From assembly GCA_009691355.1 (NCBI GenBank), contig SICW01000001.1:1-40612 (forward strand): 40,612 bases of DNA, given 5' to 3'. The notes under the pieces were generated by a model. It searched no databases. It had not been told where the DNA came from and saw only the letters and a list, made by a program, of their open reading frames with translations. The DNA comes from Candidatus Woesearchaeota archaeon (GTDB taxonomy: Archaea; Nanobdellota; Nanobdellia; SCGC-AAA011-G17; GW2011-AR17). How positions within the stretch are numbered: the first letter of the stretch is position 1; each line of letters opens with the position of its first letter. The position numbers and the translations under genes were made by a program. Shown here piece by piece: positions 33,187 to 40,612 of the stretch.

Positions 33187-33449
33187 GTCTTGATACATTC
33201 TCTATCATTAAACATCCTGTGACTACAGAAAAAAATGTTAAAATCATGCAAAATGAAAATAAATTAGTTTTCATTGTTGATAGAAGAGCAACTAAGCAAG
33301 ATATTAAAAAAGATGCTGAAACTCTTTTCAAAGTAAAAGTTATCAAAGTCACAACACTTATTCTTCCTTCTGGGGAGAAAAAAGCATTTGTCAAGTTAGC
33401 TGCTGAAACACCTGCAATTGATGTTGCAACACAGCTAGGATTACTCTAA
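33183..33449 (+). CDS. rpl23: Ribosomal protein uL23
   Basis: 88 aa with IIKHPVTTEK near the start. The operon position fits. Confidence 0.9.
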   Translation: MSLDTFSIIKHPVTTEKNVKIMQNENKLVFIVDRRATKQDIKKDAETLFKVKVIKVTTLILPSGEKKAFVKLAAETPAIDVATQLGLL

Positions 33450-33450
33450 C

Positions 33451-34176
33451 ATGGGAAAGAATCTGATTACACAACGTCGAGGGAGAGGAACATCTACTTA
33501 CAGGGCTCCAAGTCATAGATACTATGGAGAGATTAAATATCGAGCTTATGATGACGTTGAAAGAAACGCTGTTGTATATGGGACAGTAAAAGATCTCATT
33601 GATTGCCCAGGACATATGGCTCCGTTGGCAGAGATTCAATATGATACCAAAGAAGTCATTCTTATTTCTGCTCCACTGAATATTAAAGTTGGAGATATCG
33701 TTGCTTCAGGAGCTAGTGCACCTGTACAAAATGGAAATGTCCTTCCTTTGAAGAACATCCCTGAAGGAACTGCAATTTACAATCTTGAATGTAGACCTGG
33801 TGATGGTGGAAAGCTTGTTCGAACTGCAGGTGTTTGTGCACGTGTTGTTGGAAGGGTTGGAGAAGGAATCATTGTTAAATTACCATCTAAAAAACAAAAA
33901 ACATTCTTAGGAGAATGTCGAGCTACTATTGGAACTATCGCAGGAGATGGAAGAACTGAAAAACCATTCCTTAAGGCTGGGAAGAGAATGCATGCTATGA
34001 GAGCAAGAAACAAACTTTATCCTCAAACCTCTGGAGTTGCTATGAACGCTGTAGATCACCCCTTTGGATCTGGGCGGGGTAGACACGCAGGTAAGCCTAA
34101 GGCTCCTCCAAGATGGGCTCCAGCTGGAAGGAATGTTGGATTAATTAGGGCGAAGAGAACAGGGAGAAAACGATAA
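33451..34176 (+). CDS. rpl2: Ribosomal protein uL2
   Basis: It has RRGRGTSTYRAPSHR and VDHPFGSGRGRHAGKPK. Confidence 0.95.
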   Translation: MGKNLITQRRGRGTSTYRAPSHRYYGEIKYRAYDDVERNAVVYGTVKDLIDCPGHMAPLAEIQYDTKEVILISAPLNIKVGDIVASGASAPVQNGNVLPLKNIPEGTAIYNLECRPGDGGKLVRTAGVCARVVGRVGEGIIVKLPSKKQKTFLGECRATIGTIAGDGRTEKPFLKAGKRMHAMRARNKLYPQTSGVAMNAVDHPFGSGRGRHAGKPKAPPRWAPAGRNVGLIRAKRTGRKR

Positions 34177-34178
34177 TC

Positions 34179-34577
34179 ATGGCACGAAAAGAATTCACCT
34201 ATCGAGGAAAAACAGTTGATGAAATTAAAGCACTCGACGTGAAAGAGTTTGCAAAACTCGTTCCTGCAAGACAACGAAGAACTCTTGAGCATGGCTTTAA
34301 CGAAATGCAAAAAAGACTCCTTTTGAAAATCAAAAAAGCTAAAGAAGGAAAGTATAAAAAACCCATTAAAACTCATTGTAGAGATATGATTGTTATCCCA
34401 GAAATGCTTGGGCTGCATATTCATGTGCATATGGGAAAATCATACGTACAAATAGAAATATTCCCAGATATGCTTGGGCATTACTTAGGGGAATTCACTC
34501 TTACAAGAAATAGGGTCGCACACTCTGCACCTGGAATTGGAGCAACTAAATCTAGCTCAGCAGCATCGGTTAAATAA
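34179..34577 (+). CDS. rps19: Ribosomal protein uS19
   Basis: It has FTYRGKTVDEIK and GEFTLTRNRVAHSAPGIGATKSS. Confidence 0.9.
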   Translation: MARKEFTYRGKTVDEIKALDVKEFAKLVPARQRRTLEHGFNEMQKRLLLKIKKAKEGKYKKPIKTHCRDMIVIPEMLGLHIHVHMGKSYVQIEIFPDMLGHYLGEFTLTRNRVAHSAPGIGATKSSSAASVK

Positions 34578-34579
34578 AA

Positions 34580-35056
34580 ATGGAAAATAAACAACACATT
34601 GCAACTGCAAAAGGAGAGAACTTAGGTCTCTCACGAAAGTTTTCTATAGAGGTTGCTACATTCATTCGAGGAAAAAGCCTTGCTGATGCGAAGAAGAAAA
34701 TGCAGGATGTTATGACCTTAAAAGTTGCTGTTCCTTTTAGAAAATATCATATGGACTTAGGTCACAAACCTGGGCCAATGGGACCGGGAAGGTTTCCTAC
34801 TAAAGTTGCTAAGGAAATGCTACGACTCTTAAACTCTGCTGAAATGAATGCTCTCAACAAGGGCTTGGATATAGAAAACCTTTATGTTGCACGTGTTGTA
34901 GCGAATAAAGGGAACACACAAATGAAACCTGGAAGATATAGAGGAAGAAGAGCAAAAAGAACACATATCGAAATCACACTTGCTGAAAAGGAAAAAAAGA
35001 AAACTGAAAAGAAAGAAACAGCTAAAACTAGTCCAAAGGAGAAAAAGACCAAATGA
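34580..35056 (+). CDS. rpl22: Ribosomal protein uL22 (with Lys/Glu-rich C-terminal tail)
   Basis: Operon position fits. It has LGLSRKFSIEVATFIRGKSL, and the tail reads EKEKKKTEKKETAKTSPKEKKTK. Confidence 0.9.
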   Translation: MENKQHIATAKGENLGLSRKFSIEVATFIRGKSLADAKKKMQDVMTLKVAVPFRKYHMDLGHKPGPMGPGRFPTKVAKEMLRLLNSAEMNALNKGLDIENLYVARVVANKGNTQMKPGRYRGRRAKRTHIEITLAEKEKKKTEKKETAKTSPKEKKTK

Positions 35057-35820
35057 TAGAGCGAAAATTTGTCGGTGAAAAGATGAGGGAATTTTTGGTT
35101 AATGAATACCTCCATAAAGAATTAGGAGCAGGGAAGTATAGCTCTTTTGAAATTAAAAGGACTCCTCTTGGTGAGAGAATTGTTATTTACACGGCGAGAC
35201 CGGGATTAATTGTTGGTAAAGGTGGAGAGAATATTAAAGAACTTACAAAAGTTTTGAAAAGTAAATTTAAAATGGAAAATCCTCAGATTGAGGTTGCAGA
35301 AATTGAAAATGCAAACCTTGATGCACAGACTATGGCAGAGCAGATTGTAACAACACTAGAACGATTCGGACCAAAGAGATTCAAATCAGTTGGATACAAG
35401 ACCTTGCAAAGAATTATTGATGCTGGTGCTATGGGAGCAGAAATCGCTATTGGTGGAAGAGGACTTCCAGGTGCAAGAGCAAAAACATGGAGATTTTATG
35501 CTGGATATCTTAAGAAATCTGGAGATGTTTCCATGTCATTTGTTATGTACGGGGAATCAACAGCAAACTTAAAATCGGGAAGCATTGGAGTTAAGGTACG
35601 TATCCTTCCTCCAAACACAATTTTACCTGATAAACTGACTCTTATTGACCAAACCGCAATGACTGTCCAAGTAGAAGAAGTTAAACTTGAAGATAAAAAA
35701 GAAACTACTAAAGATGAAACTCCGGTAGCTGAAGATAAAAAAATTAAAAAGAAAGCCGCTGTGAAGAAAAAAGTAGCAAAGAAAAAGGAAGAAGTAAAAG
35801 AAAATGAAGATCAAGAATAA
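35053..35820 (+). CDS. rps3: Ribosomal protein uS3 (with Lys/Glu-rich C-terminal tail)
   Basis: It has the KH motif GLIVGKGGENIKELTKVL. It overlaps rpl22 by ATGA. Confidence 0.95.
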   Translation: MIERKFVGEKMREFLVNEYLHKELGAGKYSSFEIKRTPLGERIVIYTARPGLIVGKGGENIKELTKVLKSKFKMENPQIEVAEIENANLDAQTMAEQIVTTLERFGPKRFKSVGYKTLQRIIDAGAMGAEIAIGGRGLPGARAKTWRFYAGYLKKSGDVSMSFVMYGESTANLKSGSIGVKVRILPPNTILPDKLTLIDQTAMTVQVEEVKLEDKKETTKDETPVAEDKKIKKKAAVKKKVAKKKEEVKENEDQE

Positions 35821-36028
35821 AGAACTGCGAAAAATGACTAAACAAGAGCTGGATAATAAGCTCCTTGAACTTAGAAAGGATCTCATTAAAATTAATGCTC
35901 AAATTGGAGCTGGGACTGTTCCTGAGAATCCAGGGAATGTTAAGAATGTGAAAAAAACTGTTGCTAGGATACTTACTATTATGACCGAAACTAAAAATAA
36001 GGAGGTGCCGAAGAAAACCCATGCGTGA
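35804..36028 (+). CDS. rpl29: Ribosomal protein uL29
   Basis: 74 aa with LRKMTKQELDNKLLELRKDLIKINAQ. Confidence 0.9.
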   Translation: MKIKNKELRKMTKQELDNKLLELRKDLIKINAQIGAGTVPENPGNVKNVKKTVARILTIMTETKNKEVPKKTHA

Positions 36029-36341
36029 AATTTGTCCAAAATGTGGCTTGCCTCAAGAGCTCTGTGTTTGTGAGAGTATCGCAAAAGAAGAGCAGAAAAT
36101 TGAGATTCGCCTCGTTAAAAGAAGATTTGGAAAACTCAGCACGATAATCTCAGGCATTGATGATAAAACGATAAACCTCAAGGAGCTTGCAAAAAAACTT
36201 AAATCCAAGCTTGCTTGTGGGGGTACTACAAAAGAAAAAAACATAGAACTCCAAGGAAATCACCTTGAAATGTCTAAAAAAGTCATTATTGAGGAAGGGT
36301 TTGCCTCTAGCTCTATCACGATCATTAGCGAAATAAGATGA
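36021..36341 (+). CDS. sui1: Translation initiation factor SUI1 (aIF1)
   Basis: It has CPKCGLPQELCVC, IEIRLVKRRFGKLSTIISGID and LACGGTTKEKNIELQGNH. Confidence 0.85.
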   Translation: MREICPKCGLPQELCVCESIAKEEQKIEIRLVKRRFGKLSTIISGIDDKTINLKELAKKLKSKLACGGTTKEKNIELQGNHLEMSKKVIIEEGFASSSITIISEIR

Positions 36342-36598
36342 GATCACCAACAAACATCGTCCGACACGAATTCATCGGTCTTGACGTTGTGGTGGTTGAT
36401 GCAGAAAACAAAACTTTGATTGGTATCAAGGGTGAAATTGTTGATGAAACAAAAAACACCTTTGTTATTGAAACAGAGCATGGAGAAAAAAGCGTGCTAA
36501 AAAAAGGCGCAAGCTTTCAAGTATCTGTGCAGAATCAAGACATCATAATCAAAGGAGATATTTTGGTTGGAAGACCAGAAGATAGGATAAAAAAATGA
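36338..36598 (+). CDS. rnp1: RNase P protein component 1 (Rpp29/Pop4)
   Basis: It has IVRHEFIGLDVVVVDAENKTLIGIKGEIVDETKNTFVIET. It lies between SUI1 and S17, as in many archaea. Confidence 0.8.
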   Translation: MRSPTNIVRHEFIGLDVVVVDAENKTLIGIKGEIVDETKNTFVIETEHGEKSVLKKGASFQVSVQNQDIIIKGDILVGRPEDRIKK

Positions 36599-36930
36599 AA
36601 ACAAAAGCAAAGAAGAACGTCGGAATGGGACTGATTGTACCTAGTAAAAACTGTACTGATAAACACTGCCCATTTCACGGTGACCTCAAACTACATGGAA
36701 GAGTCTTTGAAGGAAAGGTTATTAATAAAAACCTACATAAGACAGTAAATGTAGAATGGGAAAGAATATCTTACCTCTCTAAATTTGAACGTTACTCAAA
36801 AAGTAGATCTCGAGTGAAAGCACACAATCCTGATTGTATTGGTGCTGAAGTTGGAGATCATGCTATGATCGTTGAAACGAGGCCTATTAGTAAAACAAAA
36901 AAATTCGTGGTGGTGAAAGTTAACAAATGA
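36595..36930 (+). CDS. rps17: Ribosomal protein uS17
   Basis: It has CTDKHCPFHGDLKLHGRVFEGKV and VETRPISKTKKFVVV. Confidence 0.9.
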   Translation: MKTKAKKNVGMGLIVPSKNCTDKHCPFHGDLKLHGRVFEGKVINKNLHKTVNVEWERISYLSKFERYSKSRSRVKAHNPDCIGAEVGDHAMIVETRPISKTKKFVVVKVNK

Positions 36931-37328
36931 AAGCACTTACAGGACATAAGGTACGAGCACTTCCAGTAGGAGCCGAAATTCCTACTTGTGATAACTCTGG
37001 GGCAAAAGTTGTTAAGATTATTAGTGTTAAAGGACACAAGACCGTACGAAGAAGAATTGCTTCTGGTGGTGTTGGAGATCTTATCAAAGCATCTGTCATC
37101 AAAGGAAAACCTGAGATGAGAAAACAAGTTGTCTCTGCAATAATTGTTAGGCAGAAAAAAGAATATAAGAGGGCTAATGGAACTCGAATTAAATTTGAAG
37201 ATAATGCGGTTATTGTACTTAAAGATGAGAAAGGTACTCCAAAAGGAACTATTTTTAAAGGAGCTATTGCAAAAGAAGCTGCTGAAAGATGGCCTGGAAT
37301 TTCCAAAGTCTCAAGTATTGTGGTATAA
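36927..37328 (+). CDS. rpl14: Ribosomal protein uL14
   Basis: It has PVGAEIPTCDNSGAKVVKIISVKG. Confidence 0.95.
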   Translation: MKALTGHKVRALPVGAEIPTCDNSGAKVVKIISVKGHKTVRRRIASGGVGDLIKASVIKGKPEMRKQVVSAIIVRQKKEYKRANGTRIKFEDNAVIVLKDEKGTPKGTIFKGAIAKEAAERWPGISKVSSIVV

Positions 37329-37331
37329 AAA

Positions 37332-37730
37332 ATGAAAATTGAATGGTCAAAAAACTGGAATGCGAGTAAGCGCCCAAATAAGCAGAGAAAATTCCGCTTT
37401 AATGCTCCCTTACATGTGCAGCATAGCTTTTTGGGAGCTCATCTTAGTCCTGAACTTAGAAAAAAATATACTCTTCGAAGTTTACCTTTGAGAAAAGGGG
37501 ATAAAGTTAAAATCCTTAGAGGGCAATATAAGAAAAAAACTGGGAAAGTTACTCGAATATTGATGAAAACCCAGAAGGTTTATATTGAGGGAATTGAAAC
37601 ACTCAAAAAAGACGGAAGTAAGGCTTTCGTTCCTTTACAGCCATCTAATGTTATGATTATAGAAATGGAACTCACCGATAAATATAGAAAGGGTATTGTT
37701 GAAAGAAAAAGTCCTAAGGAGAAAAAATAA
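37332..37730 (+). CDS. rpl24: Ribosomal protein uL24
   Basis: It has the KOW motif LRKGDKVKILRGQYKKKTGKV. Confidence 0.9.
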   Translation: MKIEWSKNWNASKRPNKQRKFRFNAPLHVQHSFLGAHLSPELRKKYTLRSLPLRKGDKVKILRGQYKKKTGKVTRILMKTQKVYIEGIETLKKDGSKAFVPLQPSNVMIIEMELTDKYRKGIVERKSPKEKK

Positions 37731-37732
37731 CC

Positions 37733-38422
37733 ATGGTTAAAAATCATTTATCTCGATTGAATGCACCTACGAGTTGGGGAATTAAGAAAAAAGGAATTAA
37801 ATTTCCTACAAGACCAAGTGCAGGAGCACATACACTTAGAGAATCTCTTCCTCTTTCCGTTGTTGTTACAACTCTGTTAAAATATGCCCGAACAAGAAGG
37901 GAAGTTAAGAAAATCCTTAATGAAGGAAAAATCTTTGTCAATGGAAAAGTAAGAAAGGATCTTGGATTTGCTTTAGGGCTTATGGATGTAATCTCGGTAC
38001 CTAGTGTTCATGAAAACTATAGGCTCTTTTATAATACTAAAGGAAAATTCACACTATTAGCTATTAAAGAAGAGGATAAAGATACACGAGTTGTACAAAT
38101 TAAAAATAAAAAAATAATTACCAAAGGGAAGATACAACTCAATCACTCTGATGGAACAAATCTCCTTTTAGATAAAGGGGCTGAATATAAAACTGGAGAT
38201 ACTCTTTATCTCTCCTTCAAAGATGGGAAAATTAAGGAACATCTTTCGTTGAAAAAAGGCGCAAGGGTTTACATCTCTGGTGGAACAAAACAAGGTGTTG
38301 TTGGTACCCTTGAAGAAATGAAAGAAAAGAATATCATTGTTAAAACTGAAAAAGGAAACTTTGAAACAGCAAAGCGTTATGCCTTCGTTATTGGTAAAAT
38401 GCAAACCCTCGAGGAAAAATGA
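37733..38422 (+). CDS. rps4e: Ribosomal protein eS4
   Basis: It has HLSRLNAPTSWGIKKKGIKFPTRPSAGAH. Confidence 0.9.
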   Translation: MVKNHLSRLNAPTSWGIKKKGIKFPTRPSAGAHTLRESLPLSVVVTTLLKYARTRREVKKILNEGKIFVNGKVRKDLGFALGLMDVISVPSVHENYRLFYNTKGKFTLLAIKEEDKDTRVVQIKNKKIITKGKIQLNHSDGTNLLLDKGAEYKTGDTLYLSFKDGKIKEHLSLKKGARVYISGGTKQGVVGTLEEMKEKNIIVKTEKGNFETAKRYAFVIGKMQTLEEK

Positions 38423-38946
38423 ACGTCATGAAACAAATTTCAATAGAGAAAGTTACCCTTAATATTGGGACTGGAAAGCCTGGGCAAGAATTAGAAAAGG
38501 GGAAAATTCTCTTGCAAAAAATTTCGGGATTAAAACCTTCAGAGACGAGAACGCAAAAAAGAATTCCTACTTGGGGTTTGAGACCAAATTTAGTTATCGG
38601 GTGTAAAACTACTCTTAGAGGAGCAAAGGCTAGAGAAATTCTTCTCACGCTCCTTCAAGCAAAGGATAACAAACTTCCTATACGAACATTTGATACTCAT
38701 GGAAACTTTTCCTTTGGAATTAAAGAATACCTAGACATTCCTACATTGAATTATATCCCTGAAGTGGGAATTATCGGACTTGAAGTTGCAGTAAGTCTTC
38801 AAAGAAAAGGATTTCGAATTAAGCGAAGAGGATTAGAAAAGAGAAAAATCCCACAGAGACATGCTATATCTAAAGCAGAAGCAATTGAATTTGCAAGAAA
38901 AGACTTGAAGCTTACTGTTTTTGATAGCAGAGAGGAGGCAGAATAA
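38419..38946 (+). CDS. rpl5: Ribosomal protein uL5
   Basis: It has [11 protein letters not shown] and [12 protein letters not shown]. Confidence 0.9.
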   Translation: MNVMKQISIEKVTLNIGTGKPGQELEKGKILLQKISGLKPSETRTQKRIPTWGLRPNLVIGCKTTLRGAKAREILLTLLQAKDNKLPIRTFDTHGNFSFGIKEYLDIPTLNYIPEVGIIGLEVAVSLQRKGFRIKRRGLEKRKIPQRHAISKAEAIEFARKDLKLTVFDSREEAE

Positions 38947-39176
38947 TGACAGCAGGCAGTTATAAGAAGGTATTTAAACAACTCAAAAATAAGCCTGTAA
39001 AGCTTAAAAAATTCCTTAAGCATAACGCTCCTAAACCGAGAAAGAACGGTATTAACTCCAAACCTTGTAAAATTTGTGGAAGACTTGGAGCACATATACA
39101 AAAGTATGGTCTTGATGTTTGCAGACAATGCTTTAGAGATAATGCAACAAAACTAGGATTTAAAAAATACTACTAA
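38946..39176 (+). CDS. rps14: Ribosomal protein uS14 (zinc type, N-terminally extended)
   Basis: It has [24 protein letters not shown]. At 76 aa it is somewhat long for the archaeal type. Confidence 0.85.
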   Translation: MTAGSYKKVFKQLKNKPVKLKKFLKHNAPKPRKNGINSKPCKICGRLGAHIQKYGLDVCRQCFRDNATKLGFKKYY

Positions 39177-39177
39177 C

Positions 39178-39570
39178 ATGGCAATGAATGACACTTTGGC
39201 AATGGCTTTGAGCACTATCCTCAATGCTGAAAAGGTTGGTAAACCAACATGTATTGTTCACCCTATTTCCAAAACTGCAAAGGCAGTGCTTGAGATTATG
39301 AAAGCACATCACTTTATTGGTGAGTTCACTGCAGTTGAAGATGGAAAAGGGGGCTTTATAGAGATTACTCTTATTGGTGGCGTAAACAAATGTGGAGCAA
39401 TTAAACCTCGCTTTGCAGCAAAAGTAAATGAGTACGGTAAATTTGAGAAGAGATTCCTCCCTTCTAAGGACTTTGGATTCCTCATTGTCTCTACACCAAA
39501 AGGTATCATGATTCAAAATGAAGCAAAAGAAAAAAATCTTGGAGGAAAGCTCATAGCTTTTGTTTACTAA
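39178..39570 (+). CDS. rps8: Ribosomal protein uS8
   Basis: It has NDTLAMALSTILNAEKVGK and FLIVSTPKGIM. Confidence 0.9.
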   Translation: MAMNDTLAMALSTILNAEKVGKPTCIVHPISKTAKAVLEIMKAHHFIGEFTAVEDGKGGFIEITLIGGVNKCGAIKPRFAAKVNEYGKFEKRFLPSKDFGFLIVSTPKGIMIQNEAKEKNLGGKLIAFVY

Positions 39571-39571
39571 G

Positions 39572-40111
39572 ATGATAGAGGCAAGAAGACTTCGAAAGGA
39601 AATTACTATTCCTACTGGTGTAAATGTAGAAGTAGCTGAATTTATTACTGTTACAAATAAAAATTTCCACGTTAAAAAGAAGCTTACTTACCCCACTCTG
39701 ATTATTACTAAAAACGAAAATAAAATTATTATTGAACCGAAAGTATATACCAAGAGAGAGAAAAAAATTATCAATACATTCAAATCACATCTTTTGAATA
39801 TGATTAAAGGTGTTCAAGAACCATATGAATATAGAGTCAAAATTTGTGCAAGCCACTTCCCTATGACAGTTACGATGGAAGGGAAAAAACTGATTGTGAA
39901 AAACTTTTTAGGCGAAAAAGTTCCTAGAAAAGCAGACATCCTTGAAAATGCAGATGTTAAGATTGAAGGAGATCTTATTACTATTACCTCTCCGGATAAA
40001 GAAACTGCAGGGCAAATTGCAGCAAACTTTGAACAAAGTACAAGAATAACAAATAGAGATCGAAGAGTATTCCAAGATGGATTATGGATCACCAAAAAGA
40101 GTAGGGACTAA
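39572..40111 (+). CDS. rpl6: Ribosomal protein uL6
   Basis: Operon position fits and it shows the two-repeat L6 pattern. The ATG at 39572 directly follows the rps8 stop, so the ORF-track TTG at 39560 is less likely. Confidence 0.85.
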   Translation: MIEARRLRKEITIPTGVNVEVAEFITVTNKNFHVKKKLTYPTLIITKNENKIIIEPKVYTKREKKIINTFKSHLLNMIKGVQEPYEYRVKICASHFPMTVTMEGKKLIVKNFLGEKVPRKADILENADVKIEGDLITITSPDKETAGQIAANFEQSTRITNRDRRVFQDGLWITKKSRD

Positions 40112-40113
40112 AC

Positions 40114-40612
40114 ATGGTAGACGCACGATTACTTCAACAAAGAAAAATTATGAAGAGGAAGAAACCTCGTTTCCTTAGACAAGACGCTACAAGAAATAAG
40201 AGCCTTGAAAAGAAATGGGTTAGACCTAAAGGAATGCACTCTAAGATGAGAATCCATTTAAGAGGCAGAAGGAAATCCCCTTCACCTGGATATTCTTCTC
40301 CTCGTGCAGTTCGTGGACTCACAAGACAAGGGCTTCAGGAAGTATATGTTATTCATGCTAAAAACCTAGAAGGATTTGATCCAAAAACTCAAATTGTTGT
40401 TTTTGGTCAAGTTGGACTTCGAAAAAAAATGGAACTTATCAAAATCTGTTCCGAAAAAAAATATCCTATTTCCCAAATAAAAGACCCTGCAGCTTTTACA
40501 CAAAAAGTTCAAGCTGATCTTATTGCACGAAAATCAAAGAAAAAACAAACAACTGAGCAGAAGAAAAAGAAAGAAGAGAACGTGAAAAAGGCAAAAGATA
40601 ATAAGGAGAGCG
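40114..40612 (+). CDS. rpl32e: Ribosomal protein eL32 (3' end outside window; absent from ORF track)
   Basis: Hand translation gives MVDARLLQQRKIMKRKKPRFLRQDATRNKSLEKKWVRPKGMHSKMRIHLRGRRKSPSPGY... The frame stays open to the window edge and has a Lys-rich tail. Confidence 0.85.
   Translation, partial: MVDARLLQQRKIMKRKKPRFLRQDATRNKSLEKKWVRPKGMHSKMRIHLRGRRKSPSPGYSSPRAVRGLTRQGLQEVYVIHAKNLEGFDPKTQIVVFGQVGLRKKMELIKICSEKKYPISQIKDPAAFTQKVQADLIARKSKKKQTTEQKKKKEENVKKAKDNKES

Noticed and set aside
33777-34430. Antisense ORFs within the ribosomal operon: 33777..34013 and 34056..34430. Also 32512..32799, 35623..36022, 36920..37306 and 38799..39128.
   Set aside because: They are opposite universally conserved ribosomal protein genes that are packed with ATGA overlaps, which leaves no room for antisense promoters. 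Their composition mirrors the complement of Lys/Glu codons.
1-40612. Scan for CRISPR arrays, rRNA genes, transposases or IS elements, and long tandem repeats.
   Set aside because: I saw no regularly spaced direct repeats, no rRNA-like conserved blocks and no transposase or integrase-like ORFs. The only repeats found are the two 25-nt GC-rich copies, a 9-nt repeat in the rpl3 leader and a 14-nt near-duplicate at 26283-26340.

Overview
This is an AT-rich, tightly packed archaeal chromosome segment (GC roughly mid-30s % by eye), most consistent with a small-genome, DPANN-like archaeon.

**Core content.** Archaea-type informational genes dominate:
- pelota
- the Gins51 / L44e / S27e / aIF2-alpha / Nop10 / PAC2 cluster
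- TruD, FtsY, SRP54 and Bud32
- topoisomerase VI subunits B and A
- MetRS and a histone
- the uL3-to-eL32 ribosomal protein operon, with embedded SUI1 and RNase P Rpp29

**Gene organisation.** Many genes overlap by ATGA. Many look leaderless, with an ATTTATATA-type box 22-26 nt upstream of the ATG. I used that spacing to correct several ORF-track starts that were called on TTG or GTG.

**Genes recovered by hand.** Nop10 and S27e are under 60 aa and were missed by the ORF track. eL32 runs off the 3' edge of the window.

**RNA genes.** Two tRNA genes (Asn-GUU and Ile-GAU) each carry two introns, at positions 27/28 and 37/38. Both have readable bulge-helix-bulge motifs.

**Not found.** I saw no CRISPR array, rRNA, transposase or intact integrase.

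**Parts not explained by housekeeping biology:**
1. A same-strand block of orphan genes at 27.2-30.9 kb: an atypical kinase-fold protein, two unknowns and a tandem pair of paralogs with a GNAT-like C-terminal half. A PLP-enzyme gene lies next to it.
2. A 748-aa orphan membrane protein next to the tRNA pair, with an internal duplication and a C-terminal HTH.
3. A 25-nt GC-rich element present twice, each copy at fixed spacing from a TATA-like box.
4. An aspartokinase-like gene plus lysA, with no other pathway genes in the window.
5. A hairpin-rich leader of about 170 nt upstream of rpl3.

All functional readings of the orphan genes are inferences from motifs read by eye. No searches or computations were run.
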